Below, piece by piece: positions 20,355-33,523 of a stretch of 52,992 nt of DNA. Within the stretch, counting starts at the first letter, position 1, and each line of letters starts with the position of its first letter. Origin of the DNA: Alistipes sp. GTDB lineage: Bacteria > Bacteroidota > Bacteroidia > Bacteroidales > Rikenellaceae. The DNA lies in NCBI GenBank assembly GCA_047233565.1, contig JBKSUH010000001.1, positions 1-52,992 on the forward strand, given 5' to 3'. Below the pieces are notes generated by a model. That model was given only the letters and a program-made list of their open reading frames with translations. It made no database searches and was not told the DNA's origin. The position numbers and the translations under genes are program-made.

Positions 20355-22042
20355 TTAGTTTTTCCTGACAACGATGTTGTCCAGACAGATACGGCCGTTG
20401 GCGCTGGTAGATCCTGCACCTGTCGTATCCCAGCATATCTGGGTTTCCGCCGTCGCGCCTTCGATGGTTATCGAGAAATTGACCATTTCTTCAAGGCCTC
20501 GTTTCCGTGTTTGGGGCAGTGCGCCGATGTGATATTGATCGACTTGCCGCCGCTTTCCGGAGCGATCGATGCGGCCGAACCGCTGCCTTCGACGACCACT
20601 TGCGCCGAAGCGATTGTTCCGGCATTCAGTACTTTGACGGGAATGTCGTGTTCCGATGCAAACCGGACGGCGTCGAATGTGACGGTGACGATCGATGCCG
20701 CGGTCAGTTTTGACAGTTTGGGCGTGGTCAGCACTCCGTAATACATATTCGAACCCGAAGCCGATTGGAGAGACGGACATATCCCGGAAACTCATAACAG
20801 TATTTGATGCCCCAATCCGTTAGTCCCCGGTTTGCGAGATAGGCCGGTGCCGCATCCTTGTCGGAACTGATGTTTATGCCGAACGTCGTGTAACTTGCAG
20901 TAGCCGTGGCAGGTTCGGTGCCGTCGATGGCCGCAGGACTCGTGGATGCCAGTTTTCTGCCGCTGCTTGCCACTTTCCCCGTCTGGATCCAGTCGCCTCC
21001 GTATACCATCAGATCGAAATACTGTTCCAGAATGATCGACGGATCTTCGTTCTCGACGAGTTTCAGGCGATAGCGCGGAGTCTTGTCGGCGTTGGTGCAG
21101 TCGATCTCGACGTCTATTTTGCAGGTCGATCCCGAAACATTGACCCAGAATTTATTTATATCAGCATCTTCGGTCTTGGCCGTCATTTGTCCGAGACTTT
21201 CCGCACGTAGTATACGGCCGCCGGGTAGGTGTAGAACGGACGGTCGCATAAACGCTGTTTACGGTTCCGATGCCGCCGTTGCCGCTGTAAGCGGTGAACC
21301 CGTAGGCGTGTTCTCAATCAGGATGGTGATGTCGTCCGAGCCTTGCAGGTGATCGCAGCGGTATAGATGCCGGATTCCGACTCTTTGAGTTCGTACAGGC
21401 TTCCGTCGGAAGTCCTTGCCCATACGCCCTCCGAAGTGTCGATCAGCTGGAACGGAAGCGTGCTCCTCCGAATCCTCCGAATCGGGCAGTTGGCCTTGGC
21501 GTATATGGTAAAGGTGTTTTTCGCTTCCGGATCGAATCCGCTCTTGGTGATTTTCAATACGTCGCTCCGACTTCGGTCCATTGCGTCTCGTCGTTGAATT
21601 TGTAGGCATAGCCGATGGCGCCTTTGACGGCTTGCCATGTGACGACGACCTCGTCTGCGGATTCGCCTCTGGTGCATGACGGGGCCGGGGTCGGAAGCGT
21701 CGGTCGATGTCGAAATCGACGGTGCGTTCGGCCGAGTCGGTCGTGTGTCCTGATTGCCGACGGCATGATGCGGAACGTATGCGAACCGCGCGAGAGTCGG
21801 GTCAGCTTCAGGGTTGTGGTCGCTGCGTCGATGGTCGTGTATTCGGTGGAGTTGTCCAAAGCATAGGCATAGCCTTCCGCTTTGCGACGGCATCCCATTT
21901 GAAAGAGGCTGTCGCCAACTCGGTCGTAACCGCAAGTTTTTGGGGCTGACCAGTTCGATGCTCATGATTTCGTCGTCCGACGATTCGCACGAACTCAGGC
22001 CGAGCGCCAGAAGCAGGCGGGGAATAATAATAACTTTTTCAT
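20355..22042 (-). CDS. Surface lipoprotein with two N-terminal fibronectin-III-like repeats and an unknown C-terminal domain; frameshifted
   Basis: ATG 22042 MKKVIII...LGLSSCESSDDE; repeats ASFKWDAV..AEGYAY and VVVTWQAVKGAIGYAY; ends CLDNIVVRKN*. Confidence 0.65.
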
Positions 22043-22066
22043 ATAGGTTCGGTTCTTAGTCTGTTT

Positions 22067-23584
22067 TTAATAATCCAGATGATATATGCCGGGATGCGAA
22101 TCGGGGTCGGTGAAGACCGTCTGTTCGTATTTGTTGCCGAAGCGGTCGATCGCCTCGACCTTTACGTCCGCAGCGGGATTCGTCAGCGTGTAATAGAACA
22201 TGTGATCCGTGGACTTGTTGTAGCTGCTGTGTGTTCAGGATGCCGATGTGATAGGCCACCGTCCAGCGTCCTGTCCGAATATTGGGTCATGGTGCCGGTT
22301 TCGCGCCGTTTTCATAGACATTGACGGTCAAGCGGGTCCCAGTTCCAGATGTTCGCGACGATCTGGCCGGCGTTTTTCTTCGAGAAGTAGTACGAAGCGT
22401 CGCCGCCGCCGGTGAATTTGTCGGAACCGCGGTAGAGCCGGATCTGGAACTCTTCGTCGTGCTGCACCGATTTGTAGGTCCACTCCTTCATCGCGCCCGT
22501 CGATGCGGTAGATGCCGAAGCCGATGGGCGTGCCTTCGGTGCAGACGGTCGAGCGCCACCATGCGCCGCAGGAGGTGCCCGTGATGTGCTCGAAGATCTC
22601 CTTGCCGTTCTTGTGTGGATGTGGTTGATGTTCGAGTGGGTGGGCCGACATGATCGTTGCGTATTTGTACTGCGAGCAGCTCCAGCACTTCGTCGTAGTA
22701 GGCGTAATTGCTGTTGCGGAAGGAATGTGAACGCAAGGATCACCATTTTATCCTTCGGAACATAGCTCAGGTCCTGCTTCAGCCATTCGTATTGCTCGGC
22801 GCTGAAACCGCCGGTGTAACCCGCGCTCTCCTGACATTCGTGGATGATGTTGTCCATCGATACGATATGCACGTCGCCGCGGTTGAACGAATAGTCCACC
22901 GGACCGAAGAAGCTTTCGTATTTCGCGCGGGCCTCTTCTCGTTGGCCGTCGGAATTCGTGGTCGTGGTTGCCGATGGTCGAGAATACGGGATTCCGTCTG
23001 TTCGGGCTGCAGGGCCACCACCATGTTGCTGTAGAGCGCCCATTTGTTGTTCACCAAGTCGCCAGGTGGATGGCGTAGCACGGGATGTCGGCCGAGGAGG
23101 AATACTCCCGGATGTCCTTGGCCGCTTCGCGCTTGAACCGGACGGCGTGCGCCGCCTCGTTGATCTGGGGTCGCCGATGCAGATCAGATCGAACCGGGTT
23201 TCGGAGCGTCCAGCGCCGTCAGCGTGAAGTCGTAGCGGGCGGTTTCCGGTTTGAGTTTGGTGAAGAACTTGGGCAGTTTGTAGGTCTTGTGCATGTTGAC
23301 CTTGTAGCCCGAAGGCAGGGAGTAGAAGACGAAGCCCGATTCCGCGTTGCGGGTCAGCACATACTGGCCCTCGGCGTCGGTCTGCGTGCAGTGAAGCTGT
23401 CGCTGACGACAACCCCGGAACGGGTTGCCGTTTGCGCCCGTGACATATCCGTAGGTGTCGCCGCCGTCGGGAACGATCTCTCCGCCGTTTCGCCGTTATT
23501 GTCATTGCCGTCGCTGTCCGAGCAGGCCGCGAAAACCGCGATCGAGCAGAAGAGAAGCAGCAGTCTGTATAGCCGTTGTATCAT
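22067..23584 (-). CDS. Calcineurin-like metallophosphoesterase lipoprotein (Bacteroidota type with N- and C-terminal accessory domains); frameshifted
   Basis: MIQRLYRLLLLFCSIAVFAACSDSD; GVVVSD, LICIGDPQ, GDLV, GNHD, FGPVDYSFNRGDVHIVSMDN, GAWW and ANIWNWDP. Confidence 0.8.
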
Positions 23585-23603
23585 AGTGTGTTTGTTTTTA
23601 TTG

Positions 23604-25400
23604 TTATTCCTCGATTGAATGGCCGGCATAACCGGGGTTCTGGGTTATCAGCGGATTGGCGATGCGCTCGTCTCGAATGGGCCACAGGGCGTCTTTCATC
23701 GGGTCGTAGGACATCGTGATGAATCTGCGCAGGTTCATATCCTTGCCGTCGAACGTCTGGCCATTGTAAGTTACGTGCCGTCGGAGTCGATCGTCACGGC
23801 GTTCGATACCGAACCGTCGAGAGCCGGTGCGTAGAGCGTTCCGGAGATGACCGATTCGGCCATATCCCAGCGGCGGATGTCGAACCAGCGGAAACCCTCA
23901 TTGCAGAGTTCGACCATACGCTCGTAGCGCAGTGCCGAACGCAGGCCGTCGCGGCTGAGGTTTTCACTGAGACCGGGCATGTGTGCGCGGCTGCGGATCG
24001 TTTCGATGTCGGCTTTGGCGACGCTGAGGTCGCCGCCGTTCCACTCGATGTTGGCTTCGGCGCGGATCAGATAGAGCTCGGCCAGACGCATCAGCGGATA
24101 GCTCAGCACGCATACCGAGCTGGTGCCGAATGCATTGTTGTATTTGTACTCCTGAATGTCGAGGTATTTGCGCCACAAGTAACCGCACGGGCCTTTCGAA
24201 CCGTTGGCGCCGTATTCGATTTGCTGCCGTAGGCTTCCGAGTTTGCGACGTCTACGCCTTCTTCTTTGTCATTGTAGTTCTTGATGGTCTGGGCGGAAGG
24301 ATTGGTCTCGAACTGCATGCCCAGTACGCGGAACCGGACGTACGCAGAAGAGATCGAGACGCGGGTCGCGGTTCTTCCACGGATTCTGGTAATCGAACAG
24401 GGCGATTCCACGATCGACTTGCCGTCCGTGCACTGGATGGCGTCGAGGAAAGCCTGCGTCGGGCTGAAGTAGAGCAGCCGCCTGCGATACGCGGCGCCGC
24501 ATAATAGCCGGCATTGTGCTGGTTGCTGGAGATCGCCGTATTGTACTGCAAGGCCCAAATCCATTCGTCGCTGTTCTTGTGACCGTTGATGCCGAACAGA
24601 TTGGAAGGAGTGGGTTCGCCCTTCGTGTGGTCTTCGCCGCAGTAGCGGATGTCGTATGCCTGAAGGGAATATCCGCCCTCTTCGGCCAGTTTCAGCGCTT
24701 TGTCGGCATAATAGGCCGCCTCTTCGTAATATTTCCAGTTCAGACAGATGCGGGCTTTGAGTCCATAGGCGCCTGCGCGTCCCAGACGTGCCGATCCGTA
24801 GCTGTTCTTGTTGTGGCGGATCGGCAGAAAGTCGAGCATTTCGTCCGCAAGATCTTCGTTGAGAATCCGTGAAATCACCTCTTCTTTCGGCGTGCGCGTG
24901 TAGGTGTCGCCCAATTTCAGGGTGTGGTCGATGTAGGGGATGTCGCCGTAAAGCTGGCAGCCCCAGTCGTAGAGGAAGGAGCGGACGAGCAGCAGCTCGG
25001 CTTTATACATATTGTACTCCTGCTCGCTCATCAGCTCGCGGACGTTGTCGATGCCGTCCAGTACGAGATTGGCGCGGGCTGCGGTTTTTAGATTGGGTGT
25101 AGACCTTAGTCACCCATGCGTTCGAAGGCGGAGTTTCGACTGCTGCTGGTAGTTGTAGTTGGCGGCGTTGATACGCGATGCGCCGATGTCGGAAGCATTG
25201 TCCTGAATGCCGGGGAACGGCGTCGAGGATGCGTCGATCAGGGTAAGGCCCTTGTAGGTCGCGAAGACGCCCGCTTCCACCTCCGATTTCGTAGCCGGGA
25301 ACGTGGACGCATTCGGACCGTTGAGATATGCTTTGTCGAGCGAGCAGCCCGTGATGAAGAGACTGCAGAGCGCTATGCCGGTGATTATTTTGTTTTTCAT
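23604..25400 (-). CDS. susD: RagB/SusD family nutrient-binding lipoprotein; frameshifted
   Basis: Lipobox FITGC; YGDIPY, NRDPRL, MRLAELYLIRAEA and YERMVELCNEGFRWFDIRRW; C-terminal QNPGY. Confidence 0.92.
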
Positions 25401-25412
25401 GGTTGTAATGCG

Positions 25413-28400
25413 TTAAAATTTGAGTTCGAGTCCGACCGTAACGATCTTTACCTGCGGATAGTTGTTCGCCGAGCCGAGTTTCACGACGTCGAAGTCGCCG
25501 CTCGAATCGCCTCCGTAACCCACCTCAGGGTCGTAGCCGTCCCAGTTGGTGACCGTGAAGAGGTTCTGCGCATTGACGTAAAGATAGGCCGAATTGAGAC
25601 CGATCCGGTGCATCCACGACTTGGGTAGTTCGTAGCCCAGCTGGATGTTCTTCAGGCGGAGGTAAGCGGCGCTTTTCATCCAGAACGACGAGTCGTACCA
25701 GTTGTTTTTGTTCGCACTCGTCAGACGCGGAGTCTTGCCGTTGGGATTCTCTGCGCTCGCCCAGTCGAGGTGCTCCTTGCGGAACGTACCGCCTTGGTTG
25801 CTGGGCATTACGTAATAGGTGTTCAGATAACCGTCCGTTTTGCCGACGCCTTGGAACAGCAGACCCAGACGCAGCCCTTCCAGCCGAAGTTCAGGTTCAG
25901 GCTGTAGGTGTAGCGGGGATCGTGCTGCCGACGATGTCTTTGTCGTTCTCGTCGATCGAGTTGTTGCCGTCGATGTCGGCATAGCGGATGTCGCCGATCT
26001 GGACGGTTTCCTTGAACTGCGGACAGTTGGCGTTGACCCAGTCGGCCTCCTCCTGCGTGCGGATGATGCCGAGGCTTTCAGCGCATAGATGCTGCCGATG
26101 GAATAACCTCCTGATTGCGCAGCACGCCGCTGGTCGAGGTCTTGCCGCGCATGTCGAGATTTCGTTCTTGACGTCGGACAGGTTGGCCTGCACGCCGAAC
26201 GAGAAGTCGCGCCACTGGTTGTTGTAACCTACGCTTACCTCCCAGCCTGTGTTGCGGACCTTACCCGCATTCTGGTAGGGAGCGTTGAGACCGATGCCGA
26301 GGGGCATGTCGAGTTTCATCAGAATGTCCTTGGTCTCCTTGCGGTACCAGTCGGCCGTGATGTTGAGCTTGTTGAAAGCGAGAAATCCACGCCGACGTCG
26401 AGCATCGTGGTGGTTTCCCATTTAATGTCGGGGTTGGCCAGCGTGTTGAGGGTGACGAGCGAGTAGATATTGTCGTTCATCGAGATTTGTCCCATCGCGA
26501 GGTTCTGCGTGGTGGATAGTAGCTGGCTGCGTCGCCGCCGGCAAGGTTCTGGTTGCCGAGCGTACCGTACGATGCGCGGAGTTTCAATCCGTCGATTATG
26601 TGTTTGACATCCTGCATGAACGGCTCCTCGGAGATACGCCATGCACCCGATACCGAGGGGAAGTAACCCCAGCGGTTCGATTTGTTGAAGCGCGACGATC
26701 CGTCGATACGCAGGTTGGCCTCCAGCAGGTAGCGCTCCTTGTAGTTGTAGTTCAGACGGCCGAAGTAGGACTGTATGGCCCACTCGTAACGGCGGCCGAG
26801 TTGTCCATGTTGTCGATTTCGCCTACGTCGATCTGGTCGTAGTTGTAATTGAAGACCTGACGGTAGGCCATCAGGTATTTATAGTCGTACGTGTTGCGCT
26901 CGGCGCCGAGAATCAGTTTCAGGTCGTGGCCGCTGAAGTTGTACTTGAGCGTTGCCAGAAAGTTGTAGTTGCCGTAGAAAGCGCGCGAACCCGATTCGGT
27001 GAGGGTGGCATAGGACGCGGAGGTCAGCGTGGAGGTGCCTTTGTAGTCCTGATAGGTTGTAACGGGCTTCTTCCAGTTGTGGCGGTTGGTGGTCGTATAG
27101 CGCGGCGCCAGCATACCCTGCAGGGAGAGCCATTTTGCAGGCTCGTAGGTCAGCGTGATGGCTCCCGAAAGCCGTATGGTGTTGGTGCTGTTGCTGCCGC
27201 CGTAAAGCATCAGGGCTACAGGGTTCATGCCCTGCATTCCCAGACCGTTGTAAAGACCGGTCGAAAATTGGCTGGGAATGTCGGCCGGACGGGTGTTCAT
27301 GTAGTTGAAGATCGTGCTCTGATAGGGCGAGGCCTTGCGGTCGTCGTTCGAGAACGAAAGGTCGAGTTTCATCGACAGTTTGTCGTTGAACTTGACGTCG
27401 GCGTTGTTGCGGAACGTGTAACGCTGGAAGTCCGCATTTTTGATGATGCCTTCCTGATCCACGTATCCCAGCGTGGTGAGCATGCGTACGCGTCGCTGCC
27501 CACGCTGAGCGAAACATTGTGGCTGTGGGTGAAGCCCGAACCGGTCAGCACGGCGTCCTGCCAGTCCGTATTGGGATAAAGATCCGGGTCCTTGCCCCAG
27601 TTTTGCGGTATAGCGCCATATCCTCGTCGTTGTAATCGGGAATGGGGGTGCTGCCCGGCTTTTCGCCGTTGAGGTCCACGCCGTCGTTGAGGTACATGGC
27701 GCGTGTCAGCTCGCGGAATTCGAGCGCATTGACCATGTCGGGCAGGTCGGTCGGCGACTGCCAGCCCACATAGCCCTTGTAGGTGATGGAGAACCGCTCC
27801 TTCGAACCGCGCTTGGTGGTTACGAGGATCACGCCGTTGGCGGCGCGCGAACCGTAGATGGAGGAGGACGCGGCGTCCTTGAGGATGGAGATGGATTCGA
27901 TCAGGTTGGGATCGACGCTGTCCAGACTGCCTTCGATGCCGTCGATGAGCACCAGCGGCGAGGTCGAGCTGCCGCCGAAGGAGTTGATGCCGCGGATGCG
28001 GATCGCGCCGCCGTCATCGCCCGGTGCGCCCGACTGCGTGGTGACGGTGACGCCTGAGCCATGCCCTGCAGGGCGGCCGAGGTCGAGACGATCGGGCGTT
28101 TGTCGAACGCCTTCGAGTCGATGGTGGCCACCGAACCCGTCACGTTCACCTTTTCTGGTGCCGTAGCCCACGACGATGACTTCGTCGATCTGCGCATTGT
28201 CGCTTTCGAGCCGGATGTCGTAATCGGTCTTGGTGGTTACTTCGACCGAAGTCTCCTTGTAGCCGATGTAGAGACGGAGAGCCGCTGGCCGGGAGCCGCC
28301 GCAATGGCGAACTTACCGTTTGCATCGGTCGTGTACCCCGGCTGAGTGCCTGTAATGACGATCACGGTAGCTCCTACGAGAGGCATGCCGTCCGCGTCGG

Positions 28401-28502
28401 TGACTGTTCCGCGGACTGTCGTCTGGGCGTGCACGGCCACACTCAGGCAGCATGCGATGACCGCTGCCAACAGTTTTGTTAAGGTGCGTAGCTGTTTTTC
28501 AT
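25413..28502 (-). CDS. susC: SusC/RagA family TonB-dependent transporter; frameshifted
   Basis: N-terminal VRGTVTDADGMPLVGATV; plug signature SILKDAASSSIYGSRAANGVILVTTKRG; NPDIKWETT and YLRLKNIQLGY; terminal F. Confidence 0.95.
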
Positions 28503-28989
28503 AGTTGGTGAAATTAGTAAAATTTTAAGGTCTTTGGTCTTGGGATAAAACACCACGGGGCAGACGCGATGCGCCTGTCCGTCGGAAGGAATCCGGGTTA
28601 TTGGCCGAAAGGCCGGAAATTCAGGGTTCATAATGCGATGTCGTTTGTCTTGGTGTGTGTGCGGGTGTTTTCTCTTTGTTGTCTGAATTATGGGTGTAGT
28701 TTCTTTTGTTGTTGTAAGGTATTCTTTAGGCGAAAGGCGCGCTCGAAAGAAAATGCGCGTCGGATTATGCGGAAATTCCGAGTCCGATACTTATTCGGGG
28801 CGATTTCCGTTTGTTGTATAAAATATAGGTATAAGGCCGGCGCATTGAAAAAGGGTTGTCGGAGGTTTTCGCCGCATGAGCTTCGAGAAACTGCCCGGAT
28901 TACAGCGAAATGCCCGGTCCGCCGGATATGCCGTCCGGAAAACGGAACGTCCGTTTGCCCGGCAGGCAGAGGATGAGGTCATCGCTGTA

Positions 28990-29188
28990 AAGTTAGTCAT
29001 TATTTGCTTTTATTTGTTTTTCTTATCTTTTTCAGGGGTGAATTTATATTTATTTTTGTATTTGCAAAATTTATTGCCGAAAATTTTCTTTTGTAGCAAT
29101 ATTTTAATATATTCGCAAAGTCAAATAAAGGGTTTTGCTCTCTTTTACCTTTCGTTTACCGGACGATTTGCACTGAAAACAAGCTATA
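28990..29188. promoter_or_regulatory. AT-rich part of the divergent intergenic region between susC and the kinase operon
   Basis: Sharp AT enrichment; TATTTTTG (-7-like) at 29051-29058; palindrome TTTGCAAA at 29061-29068. Confidence 0.45.
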
Positions 29189-30824
29189 ATGGAACACCTG
29201 TACGTTATTGGAATAGACTACGGCACCGACTCGGTGCGGGCGTTGCTGGCCGACGCCGAATCCGGCGAAGAGATTGCCGTCGCCGTCTGCAATTCTCCCG
29301 CTGGGGCCGGGGTTGTACTGCGATACCGCGAAGTCGCAGTTTCGCCAGCACCCGCTGGATTATCTGGAGGCTGGAGCAGGTGCTGCGCAGGTCATTGCGC
29401 AGTGTCCTGCGCCGGAGGCGATACGCGCCATCGCCGTGGATACGACCGCCAGCACGCCGTGTCTGGTCGATCGCACCTGCACGCCGCTGTCGCTGACGGC
29501 GGGTTATGAGGAGAATCCCGATGCGATGTTCGTTTGTGGAAGGACCACGGCGCAGCGGGAGTCGGAGAGATCACCGCCCTCTGCGCCCGCGGCGAAATCA
29601 ATTACGCCCGCCGTTCGGGCAACCACTATTCGTCGGAGTGTTTCTGGTCGAAGGTCCTGCACCTGCTGCGGGGTTCGAACGGCTGCGCCGCGATGCGTGG
29701 GCCGTCGTCGAGCTGTGCGACTGGATTCCGGCCGTGCTGACCGGCTGCCGCGCTATGGAGGATTTGCGGTCGGGGCTTTGCGCCGCCGGGTCGAAGGTGA
29801 TGTGGCCGAAGAGTGGGGCGGCTATCCGCCCGAAGAGTTCTTCGCCGGACTCGACCCCGTCCTGCTGCCTATCCTGCGGCGCCTGCCCGTCAGACGTACG
29901 GCTGCGACACTCCTGCAGGTACGCTCAGCCCCGAATGGGCGGCGAAACTGGGGCTGTCGGAGCAGGTGGTCATCGGGTGGGGAATGTCGATTGCCATTCG
30001 GCGCCGTCGGCGCGGGCATCTGTCACGGGACCGTGGTGCTGAATCTGGGCACGTCGGCTGCTACATGGCCGTCATGCCGCCCGAAAGATGGGCGACCGGA
30101 TGGTCGAAGGCATTTTCGGTCAGGTGGACGGCTCGATACTTCCCGGCATGGTCGGATTCGAAGCGGGCATGTCGGCCTTCGGCGACGTGTACGCGTGGTT
30201 CAAGCGCCTGCTCTGCTGGCCGTTGCGCGAAGTGCTGCTGCCGGCCGATCCTGAGAACGAGACGCTCCGCGCACTGGCCGCGCAGACCGAAGAGCGGTTG
30301 CTGGCCAAACTGGCCGAAGCCGCCGCGCAGCTGCCCCTGCGGGCCGATGCGCCGCTGGCGACCGATTATCTGAACGGCCGCCGTTCGCCCTATCCCTGCA
30401 ACCGGCTGACCGGTTCGGTCGTGGGGCTGAACCTCTCGGCGACCGCACCGAGCTTTATTACGCCTTTGCCGAGGCGACGGTTTTCCGACGAAGGCCATAC
30501 TCGACCATCTGGCGGAGAACGGCGTGGAGATCGGACGGCTGGTGGGCATCGGCGGCATTTCGCAGAAATCCCTTTGTCATGCAGCTGCTCGCCGATGTGA
30601 CGGGCATGGCGATCGAAGTCTCCGGCAGCGCGCACTCCTGCGCGCTCGGCGCCGTGGTCCATGCGGCCGCCGCCGCGGACTCTATCCGTCGGTCGGTGCG
30701 GCGCAGCGGCGCTCGTCCGTCCGTCGCCCGTGTTTACACGCCCGACGCCGCGAAGTCCGGCATATTGGCGCTCCGCTATGAGCGTTACCGCGCCTTGGGC
30801 GCTTTCACCGAGAACCTTTTATAA
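29189..30824 (+). CDS. araB: Ribulokinase (AraB-like, FGGY carbohydrate kinase); many frameshifts
   Basis: YVIGIDYGTDSVRALL, QFRQHPLDYLE, VDTTASTP, WKDH, YSSE.FWSK, GIFGQVDGSILPGMVGFEAG.SAFGD and DYLNGRRSP. Confidence 0.85.
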
Positions 30825-30848
30825 ACCGATAAGACAAAAGAAACCCGA

Positions 30849-32146
30849 ATGAATTTACTTCAAAACCCGAACAAGCGTCGTTGGTATATTGTGGCGACGA
30901 TTTTCGTCGCAATCATCTGCAACTACCTCGACCGCCAGCTGCTGTCGATCCTCAAACCCGAAATCCTGACCCATTTCGGCATCGAAGACCTCCAGTACGC
31001 GTGGATCGTCAACGTATTCCTGATCTGTTACGCCATCATGTATCCCATATCGGGCATTCTGGTGGACCGCTTCGGGTCGAAGAAGGTGATGCTGGGTGGT
31101 ATCGTCGCATGGTCGTTGGCCTGCATCGGCGGCGGCCTTTCGACCAACGTCGTCGAATTCACCATCTGCCGCGGCATCCTCGGACTGGCCGAGCCGACGA
31201 TCTTCGCCGGACAGATCGTGGCCGTCACGCTCTGGTTCGAGAAACGCCACCGCGCCACGGCCAACAGTCTCTGACGCGGCGGTTCGCTGGAACGGTCATC
31301 GCGCCGCTGGTCATCGCGTGGATGGCCCGGTTCCTGCCGTGGCACGACGTCTTCATCGTGGCCGGTCTGGTAGGTCTGGTGATCGCCGTGGCATGGGCGT
31401 TGATCTATAAGAATCCGCCGCAGGAGGTGCTGGCCGTCACGATGGCCCCGACAGGACGAAGTCGCGCGGAACAACGGCGAACAGCAGCGGGCCTTCACGT
31501 GGGGCGAGCTGTGGACGACGCGCTCGCTCTGGGCGTGCTGCTGATCCGTCTGATCAGCGACCCGTCTGGTATTTCTGCTGCTTCTGGCTGCCGGGATACC
31601 TGCGCAGCATGGGCGAAGCGCAGGGGCTCTCGCAGCAGGCTACGCTCGACATGATTCAGTATATCGGCGGACTGCCGTTCCTGTTCGGCGCCGTCGGCGG
31701 CATCCTCACCTCGGTCTGGTCCGACTGGCTCGTGCGCCGCGGCATGCCGGCGCTGAAGGCCCGCAAGACGATGATGATCCTCATGGCCTTCGTGGCGCCG
31801 CTGTGCATCCTCACGCCCTATGTGAGCGAGTGGCAGGCCGTGTCGTTCGATGGCGCATCGGACTTGTGGTGGCGATCTTCAGCCTGATCGCGATCATGTG
31901 CCTGAGCTGGCTCTACACGATCTGCGTGGTCATCGCCGAGGCATTCCCCGTGAAGAACGTCGCCAGCGTGGTCGGCATCACGGCCGGCGCGGGAGCCGTG
32001 GGCGGCGCGGTGTTCAACATTTTCATCGGTTCGCTGCTGGTGACGATGGGCAACGTGCTGTTCGCCGTCATGGGCGTGATTCACCTCGTAACGGCGTTAT
32101 CCTGTGGCGCATGGTACGCCACGAAACTCCGAAAACCGTAAAATAA
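30849..32146 (+). CDS. MFS transporter (ACS/ExuT-like); frameshifted
   Basis: RRWYIVATIFVAIICNYLDRQLLSIL, motif A-like GILVDRFGSK, and WFEKRHRATA. Confidence 0.85.
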
Positions 32147-32164
32147 ACCTAAAACATTGCAAAT

Positions 32165-33523
32165 ATGGCAAATCAGAAAACAACGATTACGGAACCCCAG
32201 CGGGAGATTCCGGTTCGCGCCGAGGTGGACGTGCTCGTCGTGGGCGGCGGCCCTGCGGGCATCATGGCCGCACGTGCGGCGGCAGGGGCCTGCGCGTCAT
32301 GCTGATCGAAAGCCGCGGCTACTGGGCGGGAACCTCACGATCGGGCTCCCGATCCTGGGATTCCTGGGGCAAAGGCAACCAGATCATCGAGGGGCTCCCG
32401 CAGCGGTTTATCGACCGGCTGCGGCGGGGCGCCGCGGCGGACACCGACCCTGCAAGCTTCACGTAAGTCTGACGATCATCGACCCGGAGGAGGCAAGACC
32501 CTCGCACAGCAGTTGATGAGGAGGCCGGCGTCGAGGTACTGTGTATGTTTTCTGCACCGACGTCATCAGGGAGGGCAACGAAGTAAAGGGGTGGTCATCG
32601 AAAGCAAGGCAGGGCGCGAGGCGATCCTCGCCCGCACCGTGATCGACTGTACGGGCGACGCCGACGTGGCCTTCCGTGCCGGCGTCGAGTGCCGCAAAGG
32701 CGATGCCGAGGGCGGCATGCAGCCCCCGACGCTGATGTTCTCGATGCGCGGTGTCGCCACGCAACGCCTGCGCGACGCGATCGCAGAGCACCCGGACATC
32801 TATGACATGGACATCATGCCTGCGGAGTCGTTCCGCAACGAGAAGTTCATCACCGTGGGGCTTCGCAACCAGATCGCCAAGGCACGCGAGGCGGGGATCG
32901 ACCTCCCGGTGGCCCGCACGATCCTTATCACGGGCATGTCCGAGGACGAAATATGGGTCAACATGTCGCGTGTGAACGGCGTAGACCCGACTGATCCCGG
33001 GAGTTACACCCGTGGGGAGATCGAAGCCAGGAAGCAGGTTTACCGAATCCGGAAATACCTGCGGCAGTTCGTCCCGGGGTTCGAAAACGCGTGGATGGAT
33101 CGGGTGGCACCGTTCATGGGTATCCGCGAGAGCCGCGTCACGGTCGGGAAATACGTCCTCACGGCCGAGGATATCCTGGCCTGCCGACACTTCGACGACG
33201 CCATTGCCGTAGCCAGCTATCCCGTCGACCTGCACCATCCCAAAGGCGGGGACTGCACGCTGGAATACTGCGGCGACTGCTACGACATCCCGTACCGTTC
33301 GCTCGTGCCGGCCGCGGTCGAGAACCTGCTGGTTGCGGGCCGCTGCTCGTCGATGAACCACGAAGCGATGGCTTCGACGCGCGTGATGTCCACCTGCATG
33401 GCGCTGGGCGAAGCCGCCGGACGTGCGGCGCGCATCGCGCTCGAAGAGGGCGTACGCCCCTCGGCGGTCGATGTGGAGAAGGTGCGGGAAGAACTGCGCC
33501 AGACCGGTGCATACCTTCGTTGA
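32165..33523 (+). CDS. FAD-dependent oxidoreductase (PF12831-like); frameshifted
   Basis: DVLVVGGGPAG, IDCTGDADVA, GIRESR, YDIPYRSLVP and NLLVAGRC..STRVM..CMALGEAAG. Confidence 0.88.
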
